Of a DNA stretch of 64,000 nucleotides, positions 9,374 to 18,758 are shown in pieces. The notes below the pieces were generated by a model. That model was not told the origin of the DNA, ran no database searches, and worked only from the letters and a program-made list of their open reading frames with translations. Each line of letters starts with the position of its first letter. Positions within the stretch are counted from its first letter, which is position 1. The DNA comes from an uncultured Gemmatimonadales bacterium (GTDB lineage Bacteria; Gemmatimonadota; Gemmatimonadetes; Longimicrobiales; Longimicrobiaceae). The DNA is taken from contig OY970303.1 of the NCBI GenBank assembly GCA_963716255.1, positions 4,320,001 to 4,384,000 of the forward strand, in the 5' to 3' direction. Made by a program: the position numbers and the translations under genes.

Positions 9374-10201
9374 TTACTGCGCGTCCGCTTTCTCGGGGCG
9401 GACGACCTCGTGGTGCGCCGGGGGCGGCTCCGGGGTCTGGCTCGCGCCGCGCGGGGCGACGGGCTTGCGGCAGCGCTCCCGGATCACGCGCACGGTCTCC
9501 TCGGGCGAGTCGGTGACCACCACGAGGTCCAGGTCGGCGGCGGAGATCTTCCGCTCGGCCAGCATGGTGCCGCGCAGCCAGTCCAGCAGCCCCTGCCAGT
9601 AGGCGGAGCCGAAGAGGATCACCGGGAAGTCGCGGACCTTGCCGGTCTGGATCAGCGTCAGCGCCTCGAACAGCTCGTCCATCGTCCCGAAGCCGCCGGG
9701 GAAGATGACGAACGCTTCCGCGTACTTCACGAACATCGTCTTGCGGACGAAGAAGTAGCGGAAGTTGATGGCCACGTCCACGTACGCGTTGATCCCCTGC
9801 TCGAAGGGGAGCTCGATGTTGCACCCGATGGACAGGGCGCCGCCCGCCCGCGCGCCGCGGTTGGCGGCCTCCATGATCCCCGGCCCGCCGCCGGTGATCA
9901 CCGAGAAGCCCGCGTCGCCCAGCAGGCGCGCCGTGGTCTCGGCGGCGGCGTACTGCGGGTCGTCGGGCTTGACCCGCGCCGACCCGAAGATGGTCACCGC
10001 GCGGCCCACGTTCGCCAGGGTGTCGAACCCCTCCACGAACTCGCCCATGATGCGGAAGACGCGCCACGGGTCCGAGTGCAGGAAGTCCGCGGCCGGCGCC
10101 GGCGAGGTCGCGGGCGACTCCAGGAGCCGCTCGTCCTCGGTGGCGGCGCCCATGCGCGAGTTGCGGTTGAGCGAGGGGTTGGGCTGCTCGGGTGCGGACA
10201 T
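9374..10201 (-). CDS. LOG family (TIGR00730) nucleotide phosphoribohydrolase
   Basis: [36 protein letters not shown]. Confidence 0.92.
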   Translation of the reverse strand: MSAPEQPNPSLNRNSRMGAATEDERLLESPATSPAPAADFLHSDPWRVFRIMGEFVEGFDTLANVGRAVTIFGSARVKPDDPQYAAAETTARLLGDAGFSVITGGGPGIMEAANRGARAGGALSIGCNIELPFEQGINAYVDVAINFRYFFVRKTMFVKYAEAFVIFPGGFGTMDELFEALTLIQTGKVRDFPVILFGSAYWQGLLDWLRGTMLAERKISAADLDLVVVTDSPEETVRVIRERCRKPVAPRGASQTPEPPPAHHEVVRPEKADAQ

Positions 10202-10392
10202 CTCCCCTGGGGGTGAGCGGGTTCGCGTCGTGGCGGGCGCTCCGCCGCGGGCGGGGCAAGATAGCGGGCGGCGGCGTCCGGGACAAAGCGGCGCGGCGCG
10301 GAGTAGCAATTCCGGGACCGTGGTGCGATTTTCGCGAGCCGTGCGGGCGCGCCGCCCACGCTCCCTTTTCCCGAACGCTCCAGGAGACCGTC

Positions 10393-10797
10393 TTGAAGAT
10401 ACCCGTGGCCTTCCTCGCGGACGAGGCGAACATCTCCCAGGACGGAAAGCTCAACGTCCTGGGGATCTTCGACCGCATCGCCGCGAGCACCTTCCCGACG
10501 GTGCACCCCAAGATGGTGTTCGCCTTCCGCGTGCACGCCGAGTTCGCGGACGCTGGACAGACGTTCGCGGTGCGCGTGCGGCTGATGGACGAGGACGGCG
10601 GGGTGATCTTCGAGGCCAACGGCGAGATCGTGGCGCCCGGCGTGGGCCCCGGCGAGTTTTCCACCGCCAACCAGATCTTCACCCTGGTGGGGGTGCAGTT
10701 CGGCCAGCCGGGGATCTACAAGTTCGTGGTCAACGCGGACGAGCTGGAGCTGCACGAGACGCCGTTCATCGTCGCCAAGGTCAACGGCGGCGGCTGA
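10393..10797 (+). CDS. Conserved hypothetical protein (DUF6941-like)
   Basis: AGGAG RBS plus [20 protein letters not shown]...PGIYKF. Confidence 0.7.
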   Translation: MKIPVAFLADEANISQDGKLNVLGIFDRIAASTFPTVHPKMVFAFRVHAEFADAGQTFAVRVRLMDEDGGVIFEANGEIVAPGVGPGEFSTANQIFTLVGVQFGQPGIYKFVVNADELELHETPFIVAKVNGGG

Positions 10798-10837
10798 CCG
10801 GGCGCGGCGCCCGGGACACGAGGCGAAGGAGGGCCCG

Positions 10838-12196
10838 ATGCGACGATCCAGGTGGTGGGCGGTGCCGGCGCTGGCGATGGCGGCCGGGTGCGGGGGAGAC
10901 CGGGAGGCGCGCGGCGGCGGGGAAGCGGACTCCGCGGCCGCGGTCCCGCCGGCGCAGGGCGCGTCCGCCGCGGCGGGGCGGGGGAGGGCGGCGTGCGCGC
11001 CGGACAACGGCGGGATCACCCTGCCGGCGGGCTTCTGCGCGGTGGTGGTGGCGGACGACGTGGGGCGGCCCCGGCACGTCGCGGTGGCCCCCGGCGGCGA
11101 CGTGTACGTGGCCCTCCAGGGGCAGCGCGGCTCCGGGGGCGGCGTCCTCGCCCTGCGCGACACCACCGGCGACGGCAGGGCCGACGTGCGGGAAACGTTC
11201 TACAATCGCGGCGGGACGGGGATCGCGGTGCACGGCGGCTGGCTGTACTTCGCCCCGGACGACGGGGTGGTGCGCTGGCGGATGGAGCCGGGGCGCCTGG
11301 CTCCCGCCGGCCCGCCGGAGACCGTCGTTTCCGGGCTGCCCACGGGGGGCCACGCGGCGAAGAGCATCGCGCTGGACGCGCGGGGCGGCCTGTTCGTGAA
11401 CGTGGGCTCCCTGACCAACTCGTGCCAGCGGCGCGACCGCGAAAGCGAGTCTCCCGGCGAGGATCCCTGCGGCGAGCTGCGCACCCGCGCCGGGATCTGG
11501 CGCTTCGCCGCCGACGGCCGGGGGCAGGCGCAGGCCGCGGGGGAGCGCTGGGCCACGGGGATCCGCAACGGCCTGGCGCTCGCCGTGAGCCCCGCGGACG
11601 GCAAGCCGTACGTGGTCTCCCACGGCCGCGACCAGCTCAGCGGCAACTGGCCGCGCCTGTTCACCGACGCGCAGAACGCCGAGAAGCCGGCGGAGGAGAT
11701 GATGCGCCTGGAGCGCGGCGCCGACTTCGGCTGGCCGTACTGCTGGTTCGACCCGGAGCTGCGCCGCAAGGTGCTGGCCCCCGAGTACGGCGGCGACGGC
11801 CGCGAGACCGGCCGCTGCGCGCAGAAGCAGGACCCGGTGGCGTCCTTCCCTGCGCACTGGGCGCCCAACGCGCTGCTCTTCTACACGGGCGCGCAGTTCC
11901 CGCAGAGATTTCGCGGCGGCGCCTTCGTGGCCTTCCACGGCTCCTGGAACCGCGCCCCCCTGCCGCAGGCCGGCTACCGCGTGGTCTTCGTCCCGTTCCA
12001 GGGCGCCGCTCCCACGGGCCGCTACGAGGACTTCGCGACCGGCTTCGGCGGCCCCGGCATGGCCGAGGGCGACGCCGCCCACCGCCCCACCGGCCTCGCC
12101 GAGGGCCCCGACGGCTCGCTGTACGTGACCGACGACGCGGCCGGCCGGATCTGGAAGATCGTGTACACCGGTGGAACGTCAGGGAACAGGGAATAG
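10838..12196 (+). CDS. PQQ-dependent sugar/sorbosone dehydrogenase family lipoprotein
   Basis: Lipobox AAGC; GIRNGL, DFGWPYC, AHWAP, FHGSWNR, PDGSLYVTDD. Confidence 0.88.
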   Translation: MRRSRWWAVPALAMAAGCGGDREARGGGEADSAAAVPPAQGASAAAGRGRAACAPDNGGITLPAGFCAVVVADDVGRPRHVAVAPGGDVYVALQGQRGSGGGVLALRDTTGDGRADVRETFYNRGGTGIAVHGGWLYFAPDDGVVRWRMEPGRLAPAGPPETVVSGLPTGGHAAKSIALDARGGLFVNVGSLTNSCQRRDRESESPGEDPCGELRTRAGIWRFAADGRGQAQAAGERWATGIRNGLALAVSPADGKPYVVSHGRDQLSGNWPRLFTDAQNAEKPAEEMMRLERGADFGWPYCWFDPELRRKVLAPEYGGDGRETGRCAQKQDPVASFPAHWAPNALLFYTGAQFPQRFRGGAFVAFHGSWNRAPLPQAGYRVVFVPFQGAAPTGRYEDFATGFGGPGMAEGDAAHRPTGLAEGPDGSLYVTDDAAGRIWKIVYTGGTSGNRE

Positions 12197-12232
12197 GGTT
12201 CACCGGTTCACGCGCAGCGTGAAGCGCCACAG
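12195..12232 (+). repeat. 38-bp element, exact inverted partner of 17152..17189
   Basis: AGGGTTCACCGGTTCACGCGCAGCGTGAAGCGCCACAG. Confidence 0.85.
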
Positions 12233-12310
12233 CCTGCAACGGCAACGGGAACGGCGTGCCGTCTGCCGTTCGCGGTTTGCAGTTGAAGCAGTACCCGTAT
12301 GATTCTGTAC

Positions 12311-12445
12311 GGAGGGAGACTCACGCGGCGGTTTGCGTGAGGCTCACTCCGGCGAGGGGAGACAGCCGGGTCGTTTCGGCTGGCTCCCCTCGCCCGTGGA
12401 GGAGACCGGCGGGGCAGTTTCCGCCGGGCTCCGGAGCGGCCCCAC
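12311..12445 (-). repeat. Family B trimeric hairpin repeat (B1)
   Basis: GTGGGGCCGCTCCG head followed by three GAGCC-stem-AAAC..CC-stem-GTCTCC units. Confidence 0.85.
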
Positions 12446-12464
12446 AGCCAGACGAAGCACACCG

Positions 12465-12872
12465 ATGAACGAGATCCGCGTCCGGACGACAAGACGCTGC
12501 GAGCTGGTGGAGATCACGGAGCGCCTGCAGGCAATCGTCGACGAAAACGGCCTGCGCGAAGGCGCGATGGTGGCGCAGAGCCTGCACACCACCGCCGCGC
12601 TGACCGTCAACGAGAACGCCGACCCCGACGTGCATCACGACCTGCTCGAGAAGCTTCAACGCCTGGTGCCGCGCCACGAATCGTTCTACCTGCACGCCGA
12701 GGGGAACAGCGACAGCCACCTCAAGACCAGCTTCTTCGGCCCCTCGCTGACGACGCTGGTGAGCGGCGGCCGGTTGGTGCTGGGCACCTGGCAGGGCGTG
12801 TACCTGTGCGAGTTCGACGGACCGCGCGAGCGCCGGGTGGCCGTGCAGCTCCTGGCCGCGGCGGCGGGCTGA
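12465..12872 (+). CDS. yjbQ: YjbQ/UPF0047 (secondary thiamine-phosphate synthase) family protein
   Basis: HTTAALTVNENADPDV, NSDSHLK, LGTWQGVYLCEFDG. Confidence 0.9.
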   Translation: MNEIRVRTTRRCELVEITERLQAIVDENGLREGAMVAQSLHTTAALTVNENADPDVHHDLLEKLQRLVPRHESFYLHAEGNSDSHLKTSFFGPSLTTLVSGGRLVLGTWQGVYLCEFDGPRERRVAVQLLAAAAG

Positions 12873-12913
12873 ATGCCGGCGCGCCCCGGGACCCCCCACC
12901 CCCGCGAGGACGC

Positions 12914-13837
12914 ATGCTGAACGGCGCGGACGCCCTGCTGGCCATGGCGCGGCTCGCCGTGCGGGGAATGCGCGCGCCCAGGGCCGGGACGCCGCCCCCC
13001 ACGACCCCCCGCCGCCGGCTCGCGGTGGAGCGCAGCGGCACGGTGCCGCCGCCCGGGCGGCTGGCGGCCTACCTGCGCGCCACCGACGGGGCGCGCATCC
13101 CCGCCTTCCAGGGGGCGGACGCCGTGGCTCCGCCGCTGTTCTGCGCCACCTGGGAAACGCTCGCCACGCTGGAGCTGCTGACGCAGGTGGCGGACGCGCT
13201 CCCCTCCTTTGCCGGGGTGGTGCACCTGGAAAGCGAGACGGTGCCGCTGCGACCCTTCCGCCCCGGCGACCGGGTGCGCTGCCGGGTGGAGCTGGAGCGG
13301 GTGGAGGAGACGCCGCGCGGCTTCCGGCTCCGGGTGACGGCGCGCAGCTGGAACGGCGCGGAGCAGCTGTGCTCGGAGGGGAGCGCCGCCTTCCTGGTGC
13401 GGGCGCGGGGGAGCGGAGCGCCGCGGCAGGCCACCCACCCGCGGGACGCGGAGGCCGCCCCCGCCGCGCTGCCGGAGGGGTGGGAGGAGGTGGCGGGGTG
13501 GTCGCTTGGGGGCGGGGCGGGGCGGCGCTACGCGCGCGCCTCCGGCGACTACAACCCCATTCACCTGTGGGGGTGGACGGCGCGCCCGTTCGGCTTCCGC
13601 CGCCCCATCCTGCACGGCTTCTGCACCGCAGCCATGGTGGCGCACGCGCTGGTGGAGCGCCGCTTCCGCGGCGACCCCGCTGCGCTGCGGCGGCTGGCGG
13701 TCGCCTTCCGCGCGCCGCTGCTCCTCCCCGCCCGCGTGCGCCTGGTCGCCGGCGAGCTGGACGGACGGCACGCCTTCCGGGTGGTGTCGGAAGACGGGAC
13801 GAGGACCCACGCCGAGGGGGACTTCACCGGTATGTAG
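12914..13837 (+). CDS. MaoC-like (R)-hydratase, double hot-dog fold
   Basis: YARASGDYNPIHL...ILHG hydratase motif. Confidence 0.85.
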   Translation: MLNGADALLAMARLAVRGMRAPRAGTPPPTTPRRRLAVERSGTVPPPGRLAAYLRATDGARIPAFQGADAVAPPLFCATWETLATLELLTQVADALPSFAGVVHLESETVPLRPFRPGDRVRCRVELERVEETPRGFRLRVTARSWNGAEQLCSEGSAAFLVRARGSGAPRQATHPRDAEAAPAALPEGWEEVAGWSLGGGAGRRYARASGDYNPIHLWGWTARPFGFRRPILHGFCTAAMVAHALVERRFRGDPAALRRLAVAFRAPLLLPARVRLVAGELDGRHAFRVVSEDGTRTHAEGDFTGM

Positions 13838-13968
13838 AAAAACGAGTGACCTCCGCCCGCTTGGCGCCGTCCTGTACGGCGTGAGGAGCGGGGCGGCCCG
13901 GAGGAGCCGGCCCGCGACCGGGCGCCCGCGGGCGCCGCGGCCGGTTCCACGGGCTCGGAGAGGTCCGG

Positions 13969-14832
13969 ATGAAGGTTGCCATCACGCTCGACCTGCACCA
14001 CGGGGACGAGCCCGACGACATCCTGCTCGCCTGCGAGTTCCTGGGCGAGCGGGGCGTGCCCGCCACGTTCTTCATCCCGTCGTCGCTGCTGGCGGCGCGC
14101 GAGTACGGCGCCGTGCTGCGGCGCATCCCTTCGTACGGGCACGAGGTGGCCAGCCACACGCACCTCCACGACGGCCGCGAGCTGGGCGCGCTGGTGGCCG
14201 GCTCCGGCGCCGACCTGGACTTCCTGGAGCACTCCCGCGCCGTGCACGAGGACGCCTTCGGCGAGCGTCCGGTCTCCTTCCGCTCCCCCGCCTGGTGCTT
14301 CCTGGGCCCCGCCGCCGTGGAGCGGCTTTCCGCGCTGGGCTACCGCGTGGACTCCAGCGCCACGCCGCAGCGCCTGGGCATCTTCAGCTCCGCCCCGTTC
14401 GGCAACGTGTGGACGTACTCGCCGCGCCGCCCCTACCCGCTCACGGACACCCTTCTGGAAGTGCCCACCAGCTCGTTCCTGTTCCCCGCCGGCAACCCCA
14501 CCTTCGCCACGCTGCGCCGCCGGGGGTCGCTGGCGCTGGTGGGGCTCCTCGCCGCCGAGGCGAGGTGGCGCGGGAGCCGGGTCCTCAACCTCCAGTTCCA
14601 CCCCGGCGACTTCACCGCCGCGCCGCGCGGGCCGACGCCGCGGCTTCCCTGGCCCTCGCTGGGCGACTTCCTGCTCCGGCCGCAGGGGGGCTTCGGGTTC
14701 CGCTACTACGTGCGCTGCCTGGATCCCATGCGCGCCGGCGAGCGAACCCGTGCCATCTTCGACCTGCTGGGATCCGCCCGTTTCGTGTCGCTCGCCGGGG
14801 TGGCCGAGGAGCTGACCGTCGGGACGTGGTAG
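13969..14832 (+). CDS. Polysaccharide deacetylase family protein
   Basis: ITLD, ATFF, HEVASHTHLH, FRSPAW, QFHP. Confidence 0.8.
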   Translation: MKVAITLDLHHGDEPDDILLACEFLGERGVPATFFIPSSLLAAREYGAVLRRIPSYGHEVASHTHLHDGRELGALVAGSGADLDFLEHSRAVHEDAFGERPVSFRSPAWCFLGPAAVERLSALGYRVDSSATPQRLGIFSSAPFGNVWTYSPRRPYPLTDTLLEVPTSSFLFPAGNPTFATLRRRGSLALVGLLAAEARWRGSRVLNLQFHPGDFTAAPRGPTPRLPWPSLGDFLLRPQGGFGFRYYVRCLDPMRAGERTRAIFDLLGSARFVSLAGVAEELTVGTW

Positions 14833-14845
14833 GGTTTTGACGGCT

Positions 14846-14984
14846 GGTTTTGGGCGTGCCCCCGGCTGGCGCCGGGGTCGGGCTTCGGCTCCGTAACGCA
14901 GCAAACAACGCTGCGTAACGGAGTCGAGCCCCGGCGGAAACAGCCCCGCCGGGTCTCGCCCCTTCGGGCCGGAATCCCTCACGC
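14846..14984 (-). repeat. Family A structured repeat (A3)
   Basis: Variable stem ACGCAGC/GCTGCGT. Confidence 0.95.
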
Positions 14985-15095
14985 GGGCGTCGCGCTGGCG
15001 TCCGCCGGGGCAGCGTCCTCGGCCATTGACTGGCTTTGAAACGCAGAGTACTTTGAGTAGGCGAAGGCTTGTGGAGCCCATAACCGGGAGGGCGA

Positions 15096-15977
15096 GTGCT
15101 GCGACAACTTGCCAGGCGACGCTGGCTGATTCCGTTGGGGCTCGTCGGTGCCCTCGCCGTGTTCCTCGGCGGCAAGTGGAAGGCCAACGGGGACCGCGGC
15201 GGACAGAAGCCCGCCGAGCCGTTCCGCATCGCCGGCAACCTCTACTACGTCGGCGCGAACGACGTCGCGGCCTTTCTCATCACCGGGGCCGAGGGCCACG
15301 TCCTGCTCGATGGCGGCTATCCCGGCACCGCGCCGATGATCATGGCCAGCATCGCGAAGCTCGGCTTCGACATCCGGGACGTGCGGGTGCTCCTGAACTC
15401 GGAGCCGCACCAGGACCACGCGGGCGGGCTGGCGGAGCTCCAGAAGGCGTCCGGCGCCGAGCTGTGGGCCAGCGAAGCGAGCGCGTACGCCCTCGCCTCC
15501 GGCGGCGACGACCCCGACATCGCCCTTCCGCTCCGGGCCCTCATCCGGACCGGGATCCTCCGCTACCCGCCCGCGCGCGTCGATCACCGGTTCAGGGACG
15601 GCGACACGATCCGCGTCGGCCGGGTCGCGCTCGTCGCGCACGTCACCGGCGGCCACACGCGCGGCTGCACCTCGTGGTCGTTCCCGGTGATCGAAGGGGA
15701 CCGCGTGCTCCACGTGGTGAGCGCCTGCAGTCTGATCGTGCTGGGGGGAATGCGGTACCCGGAGCAGGGGGCCGACCTGGAGCGCAGCTTCCGCGTGCTG
15801 CGCAGTCTCCCCGCCGACGTCTGGGTGAGCTCGCATGGGAGGCTGTGGGGCAGGTACCGCAAGTTCGCCGCGCGCGACACGGCGAGGAGCCCGGCGGACC
15901 CGTTCATCGACCCCGAAGGCTACCGCGCCTACGTCGACACCGCCGAGGCGCGGTTCCGCAGGGGCGTCGTGCAGTAG
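15096..15977 (+). CDS. Subclass B3 metallo-beta-lactamase-like protein, E116 variant
   Basis: PFRIAGNLYYVG, LLNSEPHQDHAGG, TGGHTRGCTSW, WVSSH, PFIDP. Confidence 0.85.
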   Translation: MLRQLARRRWLIPLGLVGALAVFLGGKWKANGDRGGQKPAEPFRIAGNLYYVGANDVAAFLITGAEGHVLLDGGYPGTAPMIMASIAKLGFDIRDVRVLLNSEPHQDHAGGLAELQKASGAELWASEASAYALASGGDDPDIALPLRALIRTGILRYPPARVDHRFRDGDTIRVGRVALVAHVTGGHTRGCTSWSFPVIEGDRVLHVVSACSLIVLGGMRYPEQGADLERSFRVLRSLPADVWVSSHGRLWGRYRKFAARDTARSPADPFIDPEGYRAYVDTAEARFRRGVVQ

Positions 15978-16067
15978 CCTCCGGTGCTCCCATGCACGCC
16001 GCCGGCCCGGCTCGCCGCCGCCCGCCGCGCGTGACGGCCGCGGCGGGCCGGTGCCGCGGCCGTGGGC

Positions 16068-17069
16068 TCACGTCCAGGGGAGCCGCCCCCGCGCCGCCCA
16101 GAACGCCTCCGGCGCCTCCGCGAGATCCGCCAGCCGATCCTCCGCCTCGTCGTCCCACGCCACGTCCAGCGCCGCCGCGTTGGACCGCAGGTGCTCGGTC
16201 GTCGCGGCGCCGCTGAGCACCACGTCCGCCCAGGGGCGGGCGAGCGCGGCGGCCAGCGCGAGCGCGTCCACGGTGGTCCCCAGCCGCTCCGCCTCCGCCC
16301 GGAGCAGGGCGAGCCGGGAAGCGGAGGCCGGGTCGGCGTTGCGCTCCGTCAGCCGCCCGTTGGCGAGCGCCTCCTTGACCACCACGCCCATCCCCGCCGC
16401 GCGGGCCTCCGCCAGCGCCTCCCCGGCCGAGGGTTCCAGCAGGCTCCAGGTGGCCTGCACCGCGCCGAAGACGCGCGCCCCGCCCCGCTCCACCCGGAGC
16501 GCGCGGCGGAGGGTGTCCTCCTGCCGCGCGCCCGTCACCGACAGCCCCACGCGGAGCCCGCCGTCGCGCAGCCGCGCCAGCTCGTCCACTACGCCCGCGT
16601 CGTCCAGCACGCCGCTCTCCAGGGTGGCGGAGTGGACCTGGTACAGCCCCAGGCGCTCGCCCAGGACGGCGCGGCTCTCCGCCCACTGGCGGCGGAGCTG
16701 CGCCAGCGAGTGCTCCTTGACCTCGTGCACCGCGGCGTCGGCGCGCCAGCCGGCGGTGTAGGCGTAGCCCCACTTGGAGCCGACCGTCGCCTCGCCGGGG
16801 GCGATGCCGCGCGCCTCCAGCCACGAGGCCAGGAACTCCTCGGCCCGGCCGTAGCTGCGCGCCGCGTCGAAGTAGCGGATCCCCGCCGCCCACGCCGCGT
16901 CCAGCACCGCGTGGGCGTGGCCGCGCATGGCGTCCACCGAGCGGTCGCGCCCCAGGTCGCCGGCGTGGCCCAGCGTCATGTATCCCGGCCGCCCCAGCGC
17001 CGCCATCCCCAGCCCCAGCGGCGTCACCCGCAGCCCCGTCCCCCCCAGCGTCCGCATCTTCATCTCCAT
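16068..17069 (-). CDS. Aldo/keto reductase
   Basis: RTLGGTGLRV-LGLG, FDAARSYG, SKWG, YQVH, VLSGAAT. Confidence 0.88.
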   Translation of the reverse strand: MEMKMRTLGGTGLRVTPLGLGMAALGRPGYMTLGHAGDLGRDRSVDAMRGHAHAVLDAAWAAGIRYFDAARSYGRAEEFLASWLEARGIAPGEATVGSKWGYAYTAGWRADAAVHEVKEHSLAQLRRQWAESRAVLGERLGLYQVHSATLESGVLDDAGVVDELARLRDGGLRVGLSVTGARQEDTLRRALRVERGGARVFGAVQATWSLLEPSAGEALAEARAAGMGVVVKEALANGRLTERNADPASASRLALLRAEAERLGTTVDALALAAALARPWADVVLSGAATTEHLRSNAAALDVAWDDEAEDRLADLAEAPEAFWAARGRLPWT

Positions 17070-17151
17070 CTCCCCGTCCCCCGAGTGTTCCAGTGCGAAG
17101 CCCGCCCCCGGCACAGAACTCGCCGGAGTCCCCGCCGTCGTAGGCTGTTCC

Positions 17152-17189
17152 CTGTGGCGCTTCACGCTGCGCGTGAACCGGTGAACCCT
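17152..17189 (-). repeat. 38-bp element, exact inverted partner of 12195..12232
   Basis: CTGTGGCGCTTCACGCTGCGCGTGAACCGGTGAACCCT. Confidence 0.85.
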
Positions 17190-17205
17190 GTCCCCCAGCC
17201 GTTCA

Positions 17206-17634
17206 ATGACCGACAACGACCAGCTTCCCGCCGAGATCCTGCGCGGCGCGCGGACCATCGCCGTCCTGGGGATGAAGGGCGACGACGAGCCCGAGTCACC
17301 CGCCAGCGCGGTGCCGCAGTACCTGGCGGCGCACGGGTACACGATCATCCCCGTGAACCCGGAGCTGGCGGACTCCGGCTACCCGGGCGCCGTCGCCACC
17401 CTCGGCGAGCTCCCACAGGCGCCCGACGTGGTGGAGGTGTTCCGCAGCCCCGAGAACATCACGGAGCACGCGGACGAGCTGCTCGCCCTGAGGCCGAAGG
17501 CCGTGTGGTTCCAGCTCGGCATCCGCAACGACGCGGTGGCGCGGCGGCTGGACGAGGCCGGGATCCAGGTGGTGCAGGACCGCTGCATGAAGATCGAGCA
17601 CCACCTGCTGGAGGCGGGCGGCTCCCCCGCCTGA
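17206..17634 (+). CDS. CoA-binding protein (YccU-like)
   Basis: TIAVLG, IIPVNP, DVVEVFR, VWFQLG, VVQDRC. Confidence 0.9.
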   Translation: MTDNDQLPAEILRGARTIAVLGMKGDDEPESPASAVPQYLAAHGYTIIPVNPELADSGYPGAVATLGELPQAPDVVEVFRSPENITEHADELLALRPKAVWFQLGIRNDAVARRLDEAGIQVVQDRCMKIEHHLLEAGGSPA

Positions 17635-17905
17635 GCCCCCGTCCTGGCGTATCGGTTCGCGGAAGGGTGTCACGCGCTCGTGGCCTCTCGCAGCCGGGCA
17701 ATTGAACGTCCGGTCCGGAAACCGGTGCGGCAAGGGGCCGCCGGCTCCTCCGGCCAGCCGGCGCCGGTCCTGGCCACCGTGCCGGACCCGCGTGCCTGAC
17801 GCGGAAAGGGGGCGCTCCGCACTCGGAACGCCCCCTTGATGCATGCCCTCGTGCCGATTCCTGCAGGCTCGCGGATTTCCGGGGATCGCGCCCCGGCGAG
17901 CCATG

Positions 17906-18523
17906 CTACCGCGGTGCGCGGGACTGCGTGTCTCCCGGGTCTCCCGTTCCTTCCGTGGATCCTGTGGATCCTGTGGATCCTGTGGATCCTGTGGATCCTG
18001 TGGATCCCGTGGATCCTGTGGATCCCGTGGATCCCGTGGATCCCGTGGATCCCCCGGATCCCGTGGATCCCCCGGACGATTCCTCCGGCGGCTTCACGAA
18101 AACCTTCGTGGTTCCGGTCTCCGTATTGTAGATGATGTGGATCAGGACGCCGTTGTCGAGCCGTATCTCGATGTGCCCGTACACGACCCCGTCGATGGTG
18201 TCCGAGTAGGCCTTGTAGTCCGCGGTGGAGTCCGTGAGCGTGGCTGCGCCGGACCCCCTCGGGTAGTACGAGACGGCGATGGTGTCGCCCGTGACCGGGT
18301 CGATGGTCAGCGTGGGCGCGCGGCTGGTCGTGTCGAAGAACACCAGCTCCGTCGTGTCCGCCAGGTCGTCGAGCGATCCTTCCAGGAACACCTCGTCCGC
18401 GCTCCACGAAGCCGCCGTGCTCGCGGCCTCCACGGCCATGGGCGATTCGCACGCGGCCGTGCCCGCCACGAGGGCCACGGCGGCAAAGTACCCCAGCCAT
18501 CTCCGTACCGGTCTCGCGATCAT
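17906..18523 (-). CDS. Hypothetical lipoprotein with (GST)n low-complexity tail
   Basis: Signal/lipobox VALVAGTAAC; 9-bp tandem repeat. Confidence 0.7.
   Translation of the reverse strand: MIARPVRRWLGYFAAVALVAGTAACESPMAVEAASTAASWSADEVFLEGSLDDLADTTELVFFDTTSRAPTLTIDPVTGDTIAVSYYPRGSGAATLTDSTADYKAYSDTIDGVVYGHIEIRLDNGVLIHIIYNTETGTTKVFVKPPEESSGGSTGSGGSTGSTGSTGSTGSTGSTGSTGSTGSTGSTGSTEGTGDPGDTQSRAPR
17953..18070. repeat. 9-bp coding tandem repeat (13 GGATCC-containing units)
   Basis: (C/T)GTGGATCC repeated; encodes GST/GSG. Confidence 0.95.
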
Positions 18524-18672
18524 GTGAGCCTCCCTGTCAGGTGAGTGAGCGAGCCCCTTCGCACAATAAGCGTCTGGGTGTGTAACGTGTCAATTCTTAT
18601 GATGTGCTCCTTCTCCACGCGGCCGGCCGAGGGTCGCAGGCGGACGGCTCCACTACCCAGCTTCCATTTCCC

Positions 18673-18729
18673 TTGACAGCCAGGCCGCCGCCGAGTATTG
18701 GTGTAAACGTTTTCATGTAACCGTTTCCA
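18673..18729 (+). promoter_or_regulatory. Sigma70-like promoter with two tandem LacI-family operators
   Basis: TTGACA at 18673; TGTAAACGTTTTCA (18702-18715) and TGTAACCGTTTCCA (18716-18729) upstream of the LacI gene. Confidence 0.7.
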
Positions 18730-18758
18730 TCCGGGTCCATCCCAGCGGTGGAGGGTCG

